Shown: piece after piece, positions 49,150 to 63,110 of the stretch
How the letters are laid out: each line of letters starts with the position of its first letter
Position numbering within the stretch: the first letter of the stretch is position 1
Assembly (NCBI RefSeq): GCF_006345805.1
Contig: NC_043000.1
Coordinates: 159,898,001-159,962,000, forward strand
From: Octopus sinensis
Taxonomy: Eukaryota
Direction: 5' to 3'
DNA: 64,000 bases
Notes under the pieces: model-generated
Database searches by the model: none
What the model was told of the DNA's origin: nothing
The model's input: only the letters and a program-made list of their open reading frames with translations
Made by a program: the position numbers and the translations under genes

Positions 49150-50170
49150 AATGAAAGAAAGAATTGGCTGAATACTATAGGTTCATTCGACAAGTTGTAA
49201 CTGAGAAGAAATAAAAGAGGAAGAAGATTCATGTCTGTACGAAGCGCCTCCAAATGTCGTGTTGTCTCTTTCAGACAGAGAAAATAAATACATTAACTTT
49301 TTTGCTGGAAAGTGAAGAGAACAATGTCCTACGTATCGGCAGCGAACTCCTCAGGAAGCACTCTCTTCTTGATGATCTACCAAACAACCACAAAACAGCC
49401 AGAATAACAAGCGTCAAAGAAGACCTGGATGTAGAAAGCTTAGTATACCAAAAAATTAAAAGTAAAAACATTCAAAGGTATGTTGTCGGAAGACTTGAAG
49501 AATACAGTAATAATGACAGGAAGCGAAGCAACTTTTTAACTGGTGACCACTACACCACGTTCCACTTCGAAGGCAATGAATTTACAATTCAAGAACAGAA
49601 TATTGGTAATAAATACGTAATAAACAAAAGAGACAGTGAAGACCTTGGAGTTCCAAGCTGCAACCGAAAATTGTAGATAATGTCACATTTCTGTGGAAGG
49701 CATTACATATGTGATTAGCAGCGGCCCAGCAGTGTCGTCAAGGTCCTTTCTCCCTGTGCGACACGACGTTATCGCAGAAACAATATACAAGGTCATCTGG
49801 AAAAAAAATACTGTCCTGGAATAAGTATAGAAATCCCATTGTTACTGAATGTGTACACAAACATCAACACAAGGAATACTTGTGGAACATTCCCATCAAA
49901 ACATCATGCTGTCCTGCTGATGTGAAATATCTGTTTGAAAATCAAAGAGAAAGTAATTATGAAAGACTTCTTCGAATCCTCCATCTTCGGTATAAAGAGT
50001 ACAAACTTACATTTATAGCAATATTAATTGGTGGACTTGGTTTCTTGAGTAAATGCTTAACTGGCAGTCTGGATAGGTTAATGTTTTCAGAAAAAGAAAT
50101 CAACAAACTAACTCGCACCGGAAAAGTGAAAATAAGCAATACTTTTCTCAAGTTTAAATGTGACATTGTT
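49150..50170 (+). pseudogene. Degenerate C-terminal region (Zn knuckle + restriction-like endonuclease) of an R4/Dong-type element
   Basis: EGNEFTIQEQNI, a decayed Cys/His segment, LPVRHDVIA, LWNIPIKTS, CPADV, YERLLRILHLRYKEYKLTFIAILIGGLG. Confidence 0.65.
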
Positions 50171-51537
50171 TCTGGTATATACTTTCCAAATATAGGCCTT
50201 TGTATCTTGGTTAGAAACTAGCGCCCTTTCCAGAGGAAGAATTTGAACGATTAAAAGCAGGAGAGAGCATACTTATAAAAACATAAACATAGATATATAT
50301 ACATATTTACATGCAAACATATACGCATATATGACAACCTAGAAATTGAAGTAGAAAAGTCAAGGATACTCTATTCTACTCACTTAATGTAGTGAGTCAA
50401 TATATTGCGGAGTTAATTAGTATTGCGGCCATGGAGGAAAGGAATACTGATCAGTTTAATGATAAAATTTGATTAAGCAAAGACTGAGGGAGCACTACAC
50501 AATATTGATTTATTAAAAATGAAATCTGTTGAAAAGTGTGTCTAATCTTAACTGTGCAATGACAAATCTTGACAGGGATCAATTTTAGGAAACCACAGCA
50601 TAAAGGTATTTACATGTAAGTGAGAAACGATGAGTATTTAGGAAAATATTTTGTGAATAAGCAGTGAGCGGTATGATGGCTTATGTAGAGGTTTGTAGCC
50701 TCCAGGTTAACGTTGTGTTTTTGAGAAACGCTTTTTGTTTCAGCTTGCTTCAGCCTGCTCTGCTGAGAATGAGCACCTACATAGTGTAGAAGGCACGCCG
50801 TCCCTCTCTCTCTCTTTTTCTCCAGTTGTCGCATCTAGAAGTCTTCAGTTAGAATAAGGGTACGCAAAACAATTAGTGAAAGATGGTACATACCACCATG
50901 CTACATTCGCTTGTGAGAAGATGCTGGTACTGTGATGATTTAAAAAAATATTTTAGCAACAAACAAGCAGAGCAATACTCCCCAATAAAAACCAAATTAT
51001 AAGATTGCTGCTAACTTAATTTAGTTGGTGATTAAATGTATTTTAATTAATTAAAATTGCACCAGTTGGCTGATAAAATTTCAAGTGTGTCTGTAAGTGT
51101 CTCTTATTCATTTGGTAAAGAAGCGTTTATTGTATAATTACAAGCAAGCACATGTTAGCATATCATAATTAGAACCTGTATGAAAGACTGCATTTGTCCC
51201 AGACATCTTTTTCCTCAGTTTCTTTACTTCTATAGTTTTAAAATTTTGTTTTTAAAGACATATACATTATTTTCAGATTTTAATCTTCGCTCTAAATTGG
51301 ATTGCATTTTTATTTTATTTAATTTATATATTTTTCCCAACATACGCTATAATGCTATTTTAGCTAATTTTGCTTTATTCAATATTTCTTAGTTTTCTTT
51401 TTCTTTGTTAATAAAGAGTATCCACGAAGACAATGTGAGACAAAAAAGCTTTATCTTTGCTATTATCCTGCTCTTAAGAAAGAAATGTAAGGCCAAAATA
51501 TCATTGACTTTTACATTGTATTACTATCAGCTAAAAT

Positions 51538-51605
<68 letters not shown>

Positions 51606-51624
51606 AAGCATATCTATCTATCTA

Positions 51625-51688
<64 letters not shown>

Positions 51689-54600
51689 TGTGTGTGTGTA
51701 TGTACATATTGTGTATATATATATATATATATATATGTGCATACATACATATATACATACACATTTCGCCCAGAGATTTATTATTGCTTGTGTCTCATTT
51801 TTCGAGATCAGCGACGGTTTGTCACTGGAAAAACCATATAGTATTTTTGCGTTTGGAATATCAGTTCTCAGCCCTAGCTAGTGATTGTCACACGCTGATG
51901 ACGGTTTACCTTCCAGAAACCCGGGTCCTTGTGTATCACATAAGGCTACAGATGGGAACAATGATTTCCCTTCGCATATATTGTCATTAGCCAGTTGGAG
52001 GAGATGTCTTCCTGGGTCAATAAGCAACAGTAGCATCATCCCATATGAGTCGGTCGCATTTAGGTGGCAAACGTACTTCACGATGTCGTGCTGCAGCTGT
52101 TTACATCTCGCTCAGAAATTTATTAATATGTGTGTATGTATGTATGTATGTATGTAGAGATTACTTTTCCGTTAAAGTAAGATCAAGAAAAAAAGTACTC
52201 TAAATGGTGAGAGAATAAAATATTGATTAATATTCACAGTTTATAAGTATGAGCTAGTAATAGTTTCATACATTGAAGCTTATCTACGTGGGTTTTAAAA
52301 CATTAGTGTCTTCGAGTAATCGTCAGACTCTACGCTCATGGTCTATGCAATTTACAACTGAAAACCATAGAACATGCGAAATCAGGAGAGAAAGCAAGAT
52401 TAAGCTAGGTTCATACAGTGGAATGGGGCAAAGTAATGAAAAAAATAGAAAATGAAGAATTAATACCCTCTGACTGTAAAGTTGTAAGTCTACAAAGCAT
52501 ATAATCGATGAAAAGGGTCAGATGAATAGAAAATGAAAAGAACACCGTTGATATCTAAATTCAGGCAATAGAAATATAAAATTAATAAACTCTCTCTTCT
52601 TCACTTTCTATCTCTCACTCTCTCTCTCCACACACAGGCGCACGCGCACGCTCACACAAATTACTGTTTCTAGATAAAGACATCAACAAAAAAATTGTTC
52701 CATCTGGTAGGAGATAAATATTTATTTAAAGGACACAATGCGTGTCTTTAAGAGCTACTAATAATTTCATATGTTGAGAAATATTTTAAACATATTCATC
52801 AGACACAACCTACAAATATTATTATATGTGTGCATATACTTGCATATATACATACATATATACATACATATATACATACGTACAAACATACATATATATA
52901 TAATTATTATCATTATCATATGAGGTTCAACTGTTTCTATTTCTCACATAATAATGTAAATAAAGAGCAGTTTTTGGAAAAAGAGTATAAATTTATATCA
53001 ATAACTACTTTTTGCTTTATTATTTAAGTACTATAGCATTTCAATGAACATTGAGAATCTTGGATACACGAATTGTAGATTAATGGGTGTAACATCTACA
53101 ACTTGGATTTTTATTTTATTCCACGTCACATGTTTGTTGTCTGTAGTTGCTGTCAGTTCAGTGTACAGAGGTTTATACAAACAAAGTGATCGCTCGACAA
53201 AGAAGCCACCAAATCCCCCTCAAAGTTCTTCCCCAAACAAGACTTTTTTTCGTAAAAGAGAAATTCAGATATGTAGTTGAGTGTTTACTACGGTTTTAAA
53301 ATGTAAGATGACATGCCTTTAATATTAAGTCTGCTGAATCAAGCAAATAAAACTAAATATTTATTGGGCTTTAAAGTATTACTTCTTTGAATATGCCGTT
53401 TCATTTCTACTAAAACTTCTTCTCAGTCGATCTAGAATGATGAAATAATGATAATAGTTTCGATATGAGGCATAAAGCTATTCATTTAGGGGAAGGTACA
53501 TATTGATTGGTATTTAATTTAATCGATAAACGAAGACAAAGTTGAATTTGATAGCTCAGCGTAAACAGGTAAGTCTAAATAGCCTATTAAAATTTAATCA
53601 ACGTAAGAACAAGACCAGTTATTTTGTAAAAGCTATCTTCTATATCAGCTAGAAAAAAAAAAAAAAAAAGCTACAGTCGGTTTATGCTATCAACGATGAC
53701 TTGCTATTAGTATATATATACCAAGTTTTTTCTAAAGGTGTTTTTGTGTCTTTGTAGTTGCAAACCAAACAGTCACCCGTGCGGTACGCTTACAATTGAT
53801 ACAAAGTAATAACCAAAATGTGACAGATATAGGGAGAAGGAGTTACACTGAAAACACGAAATAAAAAGTTGACTTCAGAGTGCGGAAACAAATATTCGGA
53901 GGTATTATATTTGATGCTCAGTCAAATGTGCCAGTCCAGTTCATCGGTTAAACCCAGATAGAATAGTTTAGAGGTAGGTTTTTTGTTAGTATAAAAATTC
54001 AAAATCAATACTAGTATGATTTGATCTCGGAATATGAAAAAGAATTCCTGTATATAACTAAGTGTACGAAATCATTTTGGGTGGTGCTTTACAGGTTTTG
54101 CCGTCCACCGCCTTGTAGCACTATTAAACCATTGTTATTATATGTTATTCATGTAGCTATACAGCATTTTTAATATGTGTAATCATACCATGTTGAATGG
54201 AAAGCTATTTTCAAGAATAGTTATCTATTTAGTTGACAAATTGTAGAAATAAATCAAAACAAAAAATATAAAACAAACTTTAATAAGCTATCGTATTATT
54301 CAAAAAGAGAGGGTTAATAGTTTATCCGCTTAACTCCTAAACAAAACTGGAAGTGAATACCTGTCCTGTCATTATTGAATGACTGTTGAATGGATTACAT
54401 TCAGTTTCTCGATAACTGATAATCCGGTTTTAATATGAGGATGCTTCTGGTAAGAGGGGGAAAAAAACCAATAGAATCGCCGAAATAGAAATTATATAAA
54501 TCTTTCAAACAAGGCTGCTTATCTCCCTTGATCAAAAATTTCAACATGTATATCATCGTCATCGGCGAACACATACACGCATTCATCCATACATGAATAC

Positions 54601-55339
54601 AGCGATACATACTGGGATAAACGCATGATATAGTCGCATCTAGATATCCAAACATACACACAGACATGTGTATATGTGAGTGTGTGTATGTGTGTGTAGA
54701 GGCGTGCGCATGTATTTATGTAATTTTGTCACATTAATACTTTTAAAACAAGCTAAGAGTAAGCACGAAAGCAATCTATTTGTAACAGAGATCATCAACA
54801 TGGGCCTGGAATTAATATATTTTGATGTCCATAGTAGAGCTGGAGAGATGTTCCTGATCTGTCCATATAAAGACATATACATTGCATTTGTTACTTCATG
54901 AATTGCGTTACAATCTTTGCCGAGAGCCAAACATGTACTTTCAAGCTCTTCAATCTGAATTTGTGAAAGCTGGTTTTCATATTTGTTTCTGTATTTTAAA
55001 ATGACTTCCTCTTCTGTGGCGCTAAATTACTGAGACAACAGACGTTCCATTAGATTAATGAAGTTGTTATCATCTTCTTCAGTGATTTTTTTCTAAAACT
55101 ATTTGCTTCAAACGATCTTATGTCTCTTCGTAGACATAAGCAGATATGATGCAATTGTTGCAACTTTACCAGGCATTCGGGAACTCGACAAAAACTTTAA
55201 AGCTACTGAATGAGAGTGCGAGATGAATGCAAAATGTCACAGAAAATTGTTCTACAGCACTTGGTAGAATGTTATAGGAATTGTGATATATTAAAAAGGA
55301 TGGATAGCTCTGGTGTTGTTAGAAGACTTCCATCAGGCC

Positions 55340-55565
55340 CTAGCACTGATTATTGATTTCGTTTTGGCACAAGTCCCAAAATTTCAAGGGAGTGGGTAAG
55401 CCGATTACATTGATCTCAGTACTCGACGGTACTTATTTTATCGATCCTGAAAGGATGAAAGGCAAAGTTAACCTCGGTGGAATTTGAACTCAAAACGTGT
55501 TGATGGACGAAATGCCGCTAAGCATTGTTTCCGGTGTGTAAACAGTTCTGCCAGCTCACTACCCT
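55340..55565 (-). mobile_element. tRNA-derived SINE family C
   Basis: Minus strand GAGCTGGCAGAAC...GAGTTCAAATTCC (B box), then TTTGCCTTTCATCCTTTCAGGATCGATAAAATAAGTACC, resembling the conserved Nin/Deu-type central domain (from recall). Confidence 0.75.
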
Positions 55566-56477
55566 CACTATCTGTAATTATTAAAGGAACTAAAGCTATG
55601 CGACAAATCATGAGCGTCTTTCTGTGTGAAGGTCAGCTATTTTGTTGCTTTGGACATCAGCTTCTTAACTCGTGTTTATGCTAACATTTTGTAACGAGAT
55701 AGAAAGAAAAGGTAATCTTTCTTTAGTTATGGCGTCAGCAATGGAAATGGTAAATGTGTCCCTCAAAGAGCAATTTTAAGAGGGGATTTTGCTTGATAAA
55801 CATGAAACCAATATCATTTGTGCATTATGAATGTTGTTTTCGCTTACGATTCGACATATTTTACTAACACAAACATGAATGAAAGCGGCCACTTTATCAA
55901 TAACAGAAAATAAAATAATATCAATAATTGAAAATAATTCGGAATAAATCGATAGAATTTCTATAGAAGCGAGAAACACGTGTGTGTGAGTGCGTATGTG
56001 TGTGTGTGAGTGCGTATGTGTGTGTGTGTATTAAAGAAGATCAATTAAGATCGGAATATATCAAAGTGAAGTACATTGCATTAATGCTGATTCGGTAAAA
56101 CTCAAAAAGACAGGTAAATAATCCAGTAAATCCAGTGGTTCTTGGTATTCCGCAACTTCGAAAGTATCCAGTCTTCAAGAGAACTTCAGCTTGGTGTTAA
56201 ATAACAATAAAAACAAACGAATGGATTATACAGTATCTCTACAATCGTCTCATTTTTTTGCACTTAACATCAAACAGACAGGTATGTATGTAGCGCAACA
56301 CCTGTAACATTTCAAAACGCTACAGAGAATCTCTCAGATCTTCAGGATGCAGCGTGTTACACAAGAACGGATATCGATCTGTGCCGCTGGCGGCTTAGCC
56401 CAGTGGAATGTATAAACACGCACATACATGTATATACAACACACACACATACTCACGCATATGTTTAGATTTAACAA

Positions 56478-56700
56478 GAGGCGCGTGGCCCTGTGACTAG
56501 GATTGTTGCACTCACGATTGCAAGACTGTGGTTTCGATTCTTCTACCTAGCTGTGAGTCATGTTCTTGAGCCAGATATTTCATTTCACGTTACTCCATTC
56601 CACTCTGCTGTAAATGAGGTGATCCATCAAGAAGGAATGTTATGATCTCCATCATTTATACTGCATGGAAATCAGGTAACTAGCCCTATGAGTCCCAGAA
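56478..56700 (+). mobile_element. Old CORE-type SINE (family B-like)
   Basis: GAGGCGCGTGGC...GGTTTCGATTC...GTTCTTGAGCCAGATATTTCATTTCACGTTACTCCATTCCACTCTGCTGTAAATGAG. Confidence 0.6.
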
Positions 56701-56735
56701 TATGAGACTGCAATGTGCAAAGGACTTACTACATA

Positions 56736-57601
56736 CAAGGTGTAGTAAAAAGTATCAGACCTTTATTTTTGCATAAAAGAATAAGGCGTGAGCAAAATCT
56801 GCATGGATATTAGGTGGCCGTGTTCTTCCTGAGTATGCGCAAAACGTTTCGTGTCTGTAGATTGCGCCATTCGCCCGCAGTGATGCATTGAGTGCAGATG
56901 TGAAGCGTGTGGTGGGTGATTTTTCTTTTTGAGTCAAGATGACCGAGCGAATTGAGCAAAGATACTGTATCAAATCATGCCAAACGTTTCCTGATACGCA
57001 AGCTCAGGCTATCGAGGAAACTCAGAAAGCTTTTGGAGATGAGGCTATGCAAAAAAAAACACAAATAAAGGAGTGGTACAACCGGTGAAAAGATGGTTGC
57101 ACTTCAGCGGACAGTGAGCTATGTTGTGGCCAGACAATTAACAAAGAATAATACCTGAGGGTTCTTCGTGAAACGACCCGACCTGTGATCAGCAAACAAC
57201 TGACAATTCCACCATGACAACGTACCCGCTCATTCTGTTCTGCACATGTCATCGAAGCATTCCTTGTCAAGCAAAACGTCCCACTTTTTCGTCAGGTTTT
57301 CCACTCCCCAGACTTAACTCTGTGTGATTTTTGGCTATTCCCAAAGCTAAAATAAAAAGACAAACACTCAAAGGAAGAAGATTTGAGTCAACAAAGGACA
57401 TTAAGCAAAATTCGGCGGCACAACTCTACAACATCCCAAAAAGTGATTTCCAGAAATGTTTCCGGCTGTAGCAAGGATGCTGGCCGAGGTGTGTAGGTTC
57501 CCAAGGCGAATACTTTGAAGAAGCCTAAATGAAAATGGTAATTTTTTTTGATTATTACTTGTGGCTTGGCCAAAGTTCGGATACTTTTTCACTACACCTT
57601 G
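56736..57601 (+). mobile_element. Internally deleted mariner-like element
   Basis: TA|CAAGGTGTAGTAAAAAGTATC left TIR, GATACTTTTTCACTACACCTTG right TIR. Remnants TERIEQRYCIK, HHDNVPAH, HSPDLTLCDFWLFPKLK, KGRRF, GEYFE. Confidence 0.88.
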
Positions 57602-58797
57602 TGTACTAATATACTATTGCATTATATATTATTTGCTCGGTTTGTTCAGCCTTAACCGCACAAATAGCGATGCACACGCATATAACGACCTTGAATATAC
57701 ATTTGAGTTTATTGATGAAAGCTGCATGGTAGATTTCCCGCCGTGGTACCTCTGTTGAGCTTGATGCTTGAAACGTTTTGTCACGTCATCTCAATATATG
57801 AACCGAAGATAAAACAAAAGGGATTTAACACGATGGTGAAAGGCAATCTAATTCGCAGATTTTTGAAATAGAAGAATATCGATCATTATTGGACTAGGGA
57901 CCATTGTCCAGCAATAACTGTAGAAGTTATGTCTCTCTTTGTACGAGACACAATCTTCGAAGATACTAAAATACGTTTTTGCAGGTTAAGGAGAACAATT
58001 CGTAGCAAGAGATATTCTTGGGAGTACAGTTTACTCTCTTCACGCGATACTGATAGAGTTTATGTCTGGTCAGCTTTCTATAGCGACATCTAGCTTTCAT
58101 AATTTCCATAGCATTCGTGAATAATTGAACGGGATGTTTATTCAAAGGTACCTTACTGTTAATGCTTGAAAATACTGTCCGCAATGCGTCCTTTGTATTT
58201 TCTGCTTGTGAAACCGATAATTATTGAAATATAATTCATGGCCATTTTTCAAGAGAGTAGCAAATTGATGAATATTGTGACATGTTAATGAATGGGAAAA
58301 ACAAAAAGCACTAGGAATCTTCATTGCTGGGGATGCATTGCTCTTGCTAGAATCATTTAAATCGAGAGCAAACATTCCGGCGTGAGATCACAGCATGATG
58401 TATATTTAAACATATTTGATGAATTCAGAAGATTTGTAGATCCTGAAATTCAGGTATGAATTAAACACATTCAACAGGATTGAACAGAGAGGAACTAGTT
58501 ATCTGTTGCGAATTTAATGCTGTGTAGTCAAGGTTTGGTAGCTTCCATTAACTGGTGCTCTGCTTCTGTAAGATGGATAGACTACATTAACTGATTCGGT
58601 GTCATTCAGAAAAGAATTCGAAACTATTCGACCATATTTTATCTCCAAGAGCACCACAGGGACCATGTATATAGACACAATACAGAGAGAACCCATTGTC
58701 GATCTAAGTTGGAAGAAATACGGTATTTCAGCGTCTTAGGCATTTCGTATTTCGTGTGTTCAAAAGGAAACAAATTCGATGATGTTAGCCATTATAA

Positions 58798-58854
<57 letters not shown>

Positions 58855-58919
58855 AAGAGAGAGACAGAGAGAGGGAGAGAGAGAGAGAAAAACAGAAAGA
58901 TGAAAGAGAGGAGAGAGGG

Positions 58920-58955
<36 letters not shown>

Positions 58956-59127
58956 CATCACGCGTTATCGAAATCAGTGCATTGAGTACAGTGGACAAGT
59001 ATGTTTATCTTACCAAAAGATGAGATATCTGGTGCGACGGTTCAGCCAGATGTCAGAATAAACTCTAGTAGACTATCATTTTTGATATGATAAATGCATA
59101 CGCGTGCACATGCGCGCATACACACGC

Positions 59128-59173
<46 letters not shown>

Positions 59174-59228
59174 AGACACACATACGCACAAATGCATACA
59201 CTTACGTATATGTGTGTATATGTATGTG

Positions 59229-59264
<36 letters not shown>

Positions 59265-59277
59265 AATCTATCTATCA

Positions 59278-59327
<50 letters not shown>

Positions 59328-59337
59328 TTAAACCTTC

Positions 59338-59403
59338 AAAAGAAAAGCTCTACCTTGTAATTTGTTCTATCTGTGTGCAGCCCTGTGTGGCTAATAAAGA
59401 AAC
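59338..59403 (+). repeat. Dispersed repeat ending in AATAAA, copy 1 (likely retroelement 3' end)
   Basis: AAAAGAAAAGCTCTACCTTGTAA.TTGT...TCTGTGTGCAGCCCTGTGTGGC.AATAAAGAAAC, also at 62490-62557. Confidence 0.7.
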
Positions 59404-59436
59404 ATATATCTATTTATCTATCTATCTATCTATCTA

Positions 59437-59528
<92 letters not shown>

Positions 59529-59554
59529 TACATATATATATATATATCTGAGTC

Positions 59555-59605
59555 TGAGACCCTCTTCGGTCATGACTGACCATAGGATTACACCTAGAAA
59601 GTTTG
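59555..59605 (-). repeat. Isolated 3' tail shared with SINE family B
   Basis: CGGTCATGACTGACCATAGGATTACACCTAGAAAGT parallels TCACGAATGACCATGGGATTGCACCTAGAAAGT at 6131-6163. Confidence 0.5.
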
Positions 59606-59784
59606 AGTGTGTGTGTCTTTGTGTGTGTGTATATACATACTTGGTGTGAATAGATGTGTCTGTGTGTTTGTAAAATCCGGTAGGATGGTGTGTGTATATG
59701 TGCGCCTATTTGTCAACCGTGTGTGCGATTGTCTTTGTGTTGTGTGTGTGTGTGTGTGTATGTATATGTATATATATATATATA

Positions 59785-61025
59785 CAGGGGTTGGACAAAA
59801 TAATGGAAAAACCTAGAATTATAGCATCATAATTTAGAAATATCTGTAAAACCGTCAAAAGTTTGTTCATTTTTGTGTTGTTTGATTTATTATTAGTGTT
59901 GCTTAATATGTTTTGCTAAAATTGCTGTTTCTTTTCAGATATCATCAGAAAAAGGCAATTAAAATTCATTAAAATCACAGATCTCTCGGACTTTCAAAGA
60001 GGTCAAATTGTTGGTGCTCGTATGGAAAAGCACTTGTGTAACGAAAACAGCCGAAATGTTTGGTGTATAAAGAAGTACTGTCTCGAAAGTAATGACAACC
60101 TTTAAGAAAGAGGGGGAAAACTCCTCGTCGAAACAAAACTCCGGAAGAAAACCAAAACTTTCAGATAGGGACCGTCGGACTCTTATGCGAATTGTTAGAA
60201 AGGATCACGAAAATACAGCTACCAAAATTATTGCAGAGCTTAATAACCACCTCGAGAACCCAGTTTCCACAAAAACTGTTCGCCGGGAGCTGCAAAAAGC
60301 CGAATTTTATGGGAGGGCTGCAATCTAAAAACCACTACTTTGCAACAAACGTTGCAAAGCCTTTGGAGTGGAGTAAAAACCCACATAATTGGTCCCTAGA
60401 GCCATGGATGAATGTTATTTTCTCGGAGACAACCTATACCTTATTTCCGACCACCGGCCGTGTATTCGTGTGGAGACAACCAAAAGAAGCATTTGACCCG
60501 GACTGCCTTCTTCCAACTGTGAAACATAGAGGAGGATCTTGATGCTCTTCGAAATCTGCCGGCTCAATGGGTTCCTTCATGGCAGAATTAATAGTAAAGA
60601 CTATTTAAGCATTTTATGTGATCAAATTCATCCTATGGTTGCGGAAGTGTTTCCGAAGGAAATACAATCTTTCAGGATGATAATGCATCATTTCACACAG
60701 CTAAATTTTTACTGAATGGTACGAGGAACATTCTAGTGAAGTTGAACAATTTATCTGGACACCCCAATCACCAGATCTCAATATTATTGAATATTTACGG
60801 AGTAATTTAGAAAAAAATGTAAGGAGTCGATATACTCCACCATCATCACTACATGAACTGGAGACTGCTTTAGCTGAAGAATGGACAAAAATCCTTTGGA
60901 AACTTTGTGCGAGTCCATACCTCATACAATTTAAGGTGTAATTACTGCCAAAAGCGGTCCTACCCCATATCAAAGTAAATTTGTTTTAAATTTTACGGTT
61001 TTTACATTATTTTGTCCAATCCTTG
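59785..61025 (+). mobile_element. Tc1-like DNA transposon, near full length, transposase disrupted
   Basis: TA|CAGGGGTTGGACAAAATAATG...CATTATTTTGTCCAATCCTTG|TA. Remnants LSDFQRGQIVGAR, SGRKPKLSDRDRR, TVRRELQK, VIFS, TVKHRGGS, FQDDNA, PQSPDLNIIE. Confidence 0.92.
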
Positions 61026-61038
61026 TATATATATAATT

Positions 61039-61110
<72 letters not shown>

Positions 61111-61729
61111 GTATGTATGTATGTGTGTGTGTGTGTGCGTGTGTGTATGTGTGTTTATATACACATCAACATATATAGATATATACACATATATGCATCT
61201 CTCTATGTATTCATATATTTATCTGTCTATCTGTCTATCTATCTATCTATCTGTCTATCTATCTATCTATCTACAAACATATATCTATATATTATACATA
61301 TAAATATGCATACACAAATATCAATACAACTATCCTGCCACTGCATTGGCTATCAATCGACTGTTAACCTCTGTGATCGCTCAGTCTTTTAGAAATGTCA
61401 AACATATCATCCTCAGATAATACGCTATCGACATAAAAACGGAAATGTCGATGTTATCATAAATATTCCTGCGAAGATAGAAATATCGTGACTCGAATTT
61501 GCTTGATAATATGTATACATACATTCATGGATGCATACATACACATATATATATACATACATATATATCTATATATCTAGGTATGTACACATATACATAT
61601 AGATACATATATATGCACACATATACATATATATGTATATATATGTGTATACGGATATATGTATATAAATATATATATATATGTATGCATATATGTATAC
61701 GGATATATGTACATATATATATGTGTGTG

Positions 61730-61773
<44 letters not shown>

Positions 61774-61899
61774 ATATATATGTATATATTTACATGTTCT
61801 TGAGTATAATTGATTTCTGCATATATATCTGTATATCTGCATAGTACATTTATACACACACACACACTCACCCACATATACAGTTATATATATATATAT

Positions 61900-61923
61900 A
61901 TCAAAGTATCAAAGTATCAAAGT
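61900..61923 (+). repeat. (ATCAAAGT)3, an isolated LINE family 2-type tail inside a TA array
   Basis: Same unit and copy number as the tail ending at 26596. Confidence 0.6.
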
Positions 61924-61947
61924 ATATATATTTATATATATAATATA

Positions 61948-62017
<70 letters not shown>

Positions 62018-62489
62018 ATATATAATTATTTAAATATACTTATATCATGTATGCCCATCTGCATATGTATCATATGAATGTAGTTATATATTATATACAA
62101 TATAAATGTACTTAAATATACAAAACAATTCTTTTGTTGTTGCTCTTTTTAGTTTTACTTAAATTTATTAAACACAATTCTTCCGCAGTTTTGTATCTCT
62201 CATAATACACTGAAGTTATTAACATAAAGTAGGATGCAAATAAGTGGTTTCTGATGAAGATAATCTATGATGTTAACTGCACAGAATTCTATGTGAAGCA
62301 AAATCTTAGCAATGTCTTAATCGTATGTCATTGTGCCACTTTTGTCGGTGTTTTTCTTGTTTAAATACTGGTATTTTTAAAATTTATTCATTTATTTATT
62401 TTTTGTTCTTCTTTTTCCCTTTTACGATCCCTTTTGATCGAAAACCTACGCCACCTTTTTTCTTCTTTTGTTTTTTGTTTTTTCATCCC

Positions 62490-62557
62490 CCAAAAGAAAA
62501 GCTCTACCTTGTAACTTGTCCCATCTGTGTGCAGCCCTGTGTGGCCAATAAAGAAAC
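62490..62557 (+). repeat. Dispersed repeat ending in AATAAA, copy 2
   Basis: Matches 59338-59403. Confidence 0.7.
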
Positions 62558-62849
62558 TTAAATACTGGTATATAGTAAGTAAAAGATCTCGATGTAATTT
62601 CTATGTTTTTTTTAAATACTAACCAATATTTTCAGCTTGGTAGCAAAACTTACATGCATCACTTTAACAGTTTTTGTCCTATGCAGATCATTGGGCGGTT
62701 TTTAAAATATCCGTTTTACATTTTTTGCTTTATCACATAAATATTTCCTACTCATAAAATTAGTTCCGCATCACTAACTCTGGAAAATGAGTCTTCATTG
62801 TCTGCAAACGTTTTCAGTGGTAACAGCAGACTTTTACCAACGCCTCTAC

Positions 62850-63110
62850 CCTTCAAGTTGGACACCAACGTCCAAGGTTCCTACGCTTCACGCATTTTGC
62901 CATACCAATGGCTTCCACAATCTTCTGTAATGTACAGACCAGTTGTGCATGAAGTCTACGCGTTGTGACATCTGTATGGAGGAAAAAAATATGTCCTCTT
63001 GTTAACGATTCGGCTCAGTTGGTTTTCTTCAATGCTGTTTTCGCCGTCTTCAAACATTTTCATTCACCTGTAAACATTGCCCTTGTCAATGGTGTCATCT
63101 CTGTAAACAA
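62850..63110 (-). pseudogene. Mariner-type transposase N-terminal (HTH) remnant
   Basis: VYRDDTIDKGNVYR*MKMFEDGENSIEE and TTRRLHAQL..LQKIVEAIGMAKC resemble the mariner HTH/linker segments. Confidence 0.5.

Noticed and set aside
57960-58720. Possible decayed coding sequence (also 38440-39240, 41840-42110, 47040-47640, 51830-52100)
   Set aside because: Composition suggests old TE remnants, but I could not assign any diagnostic motif.
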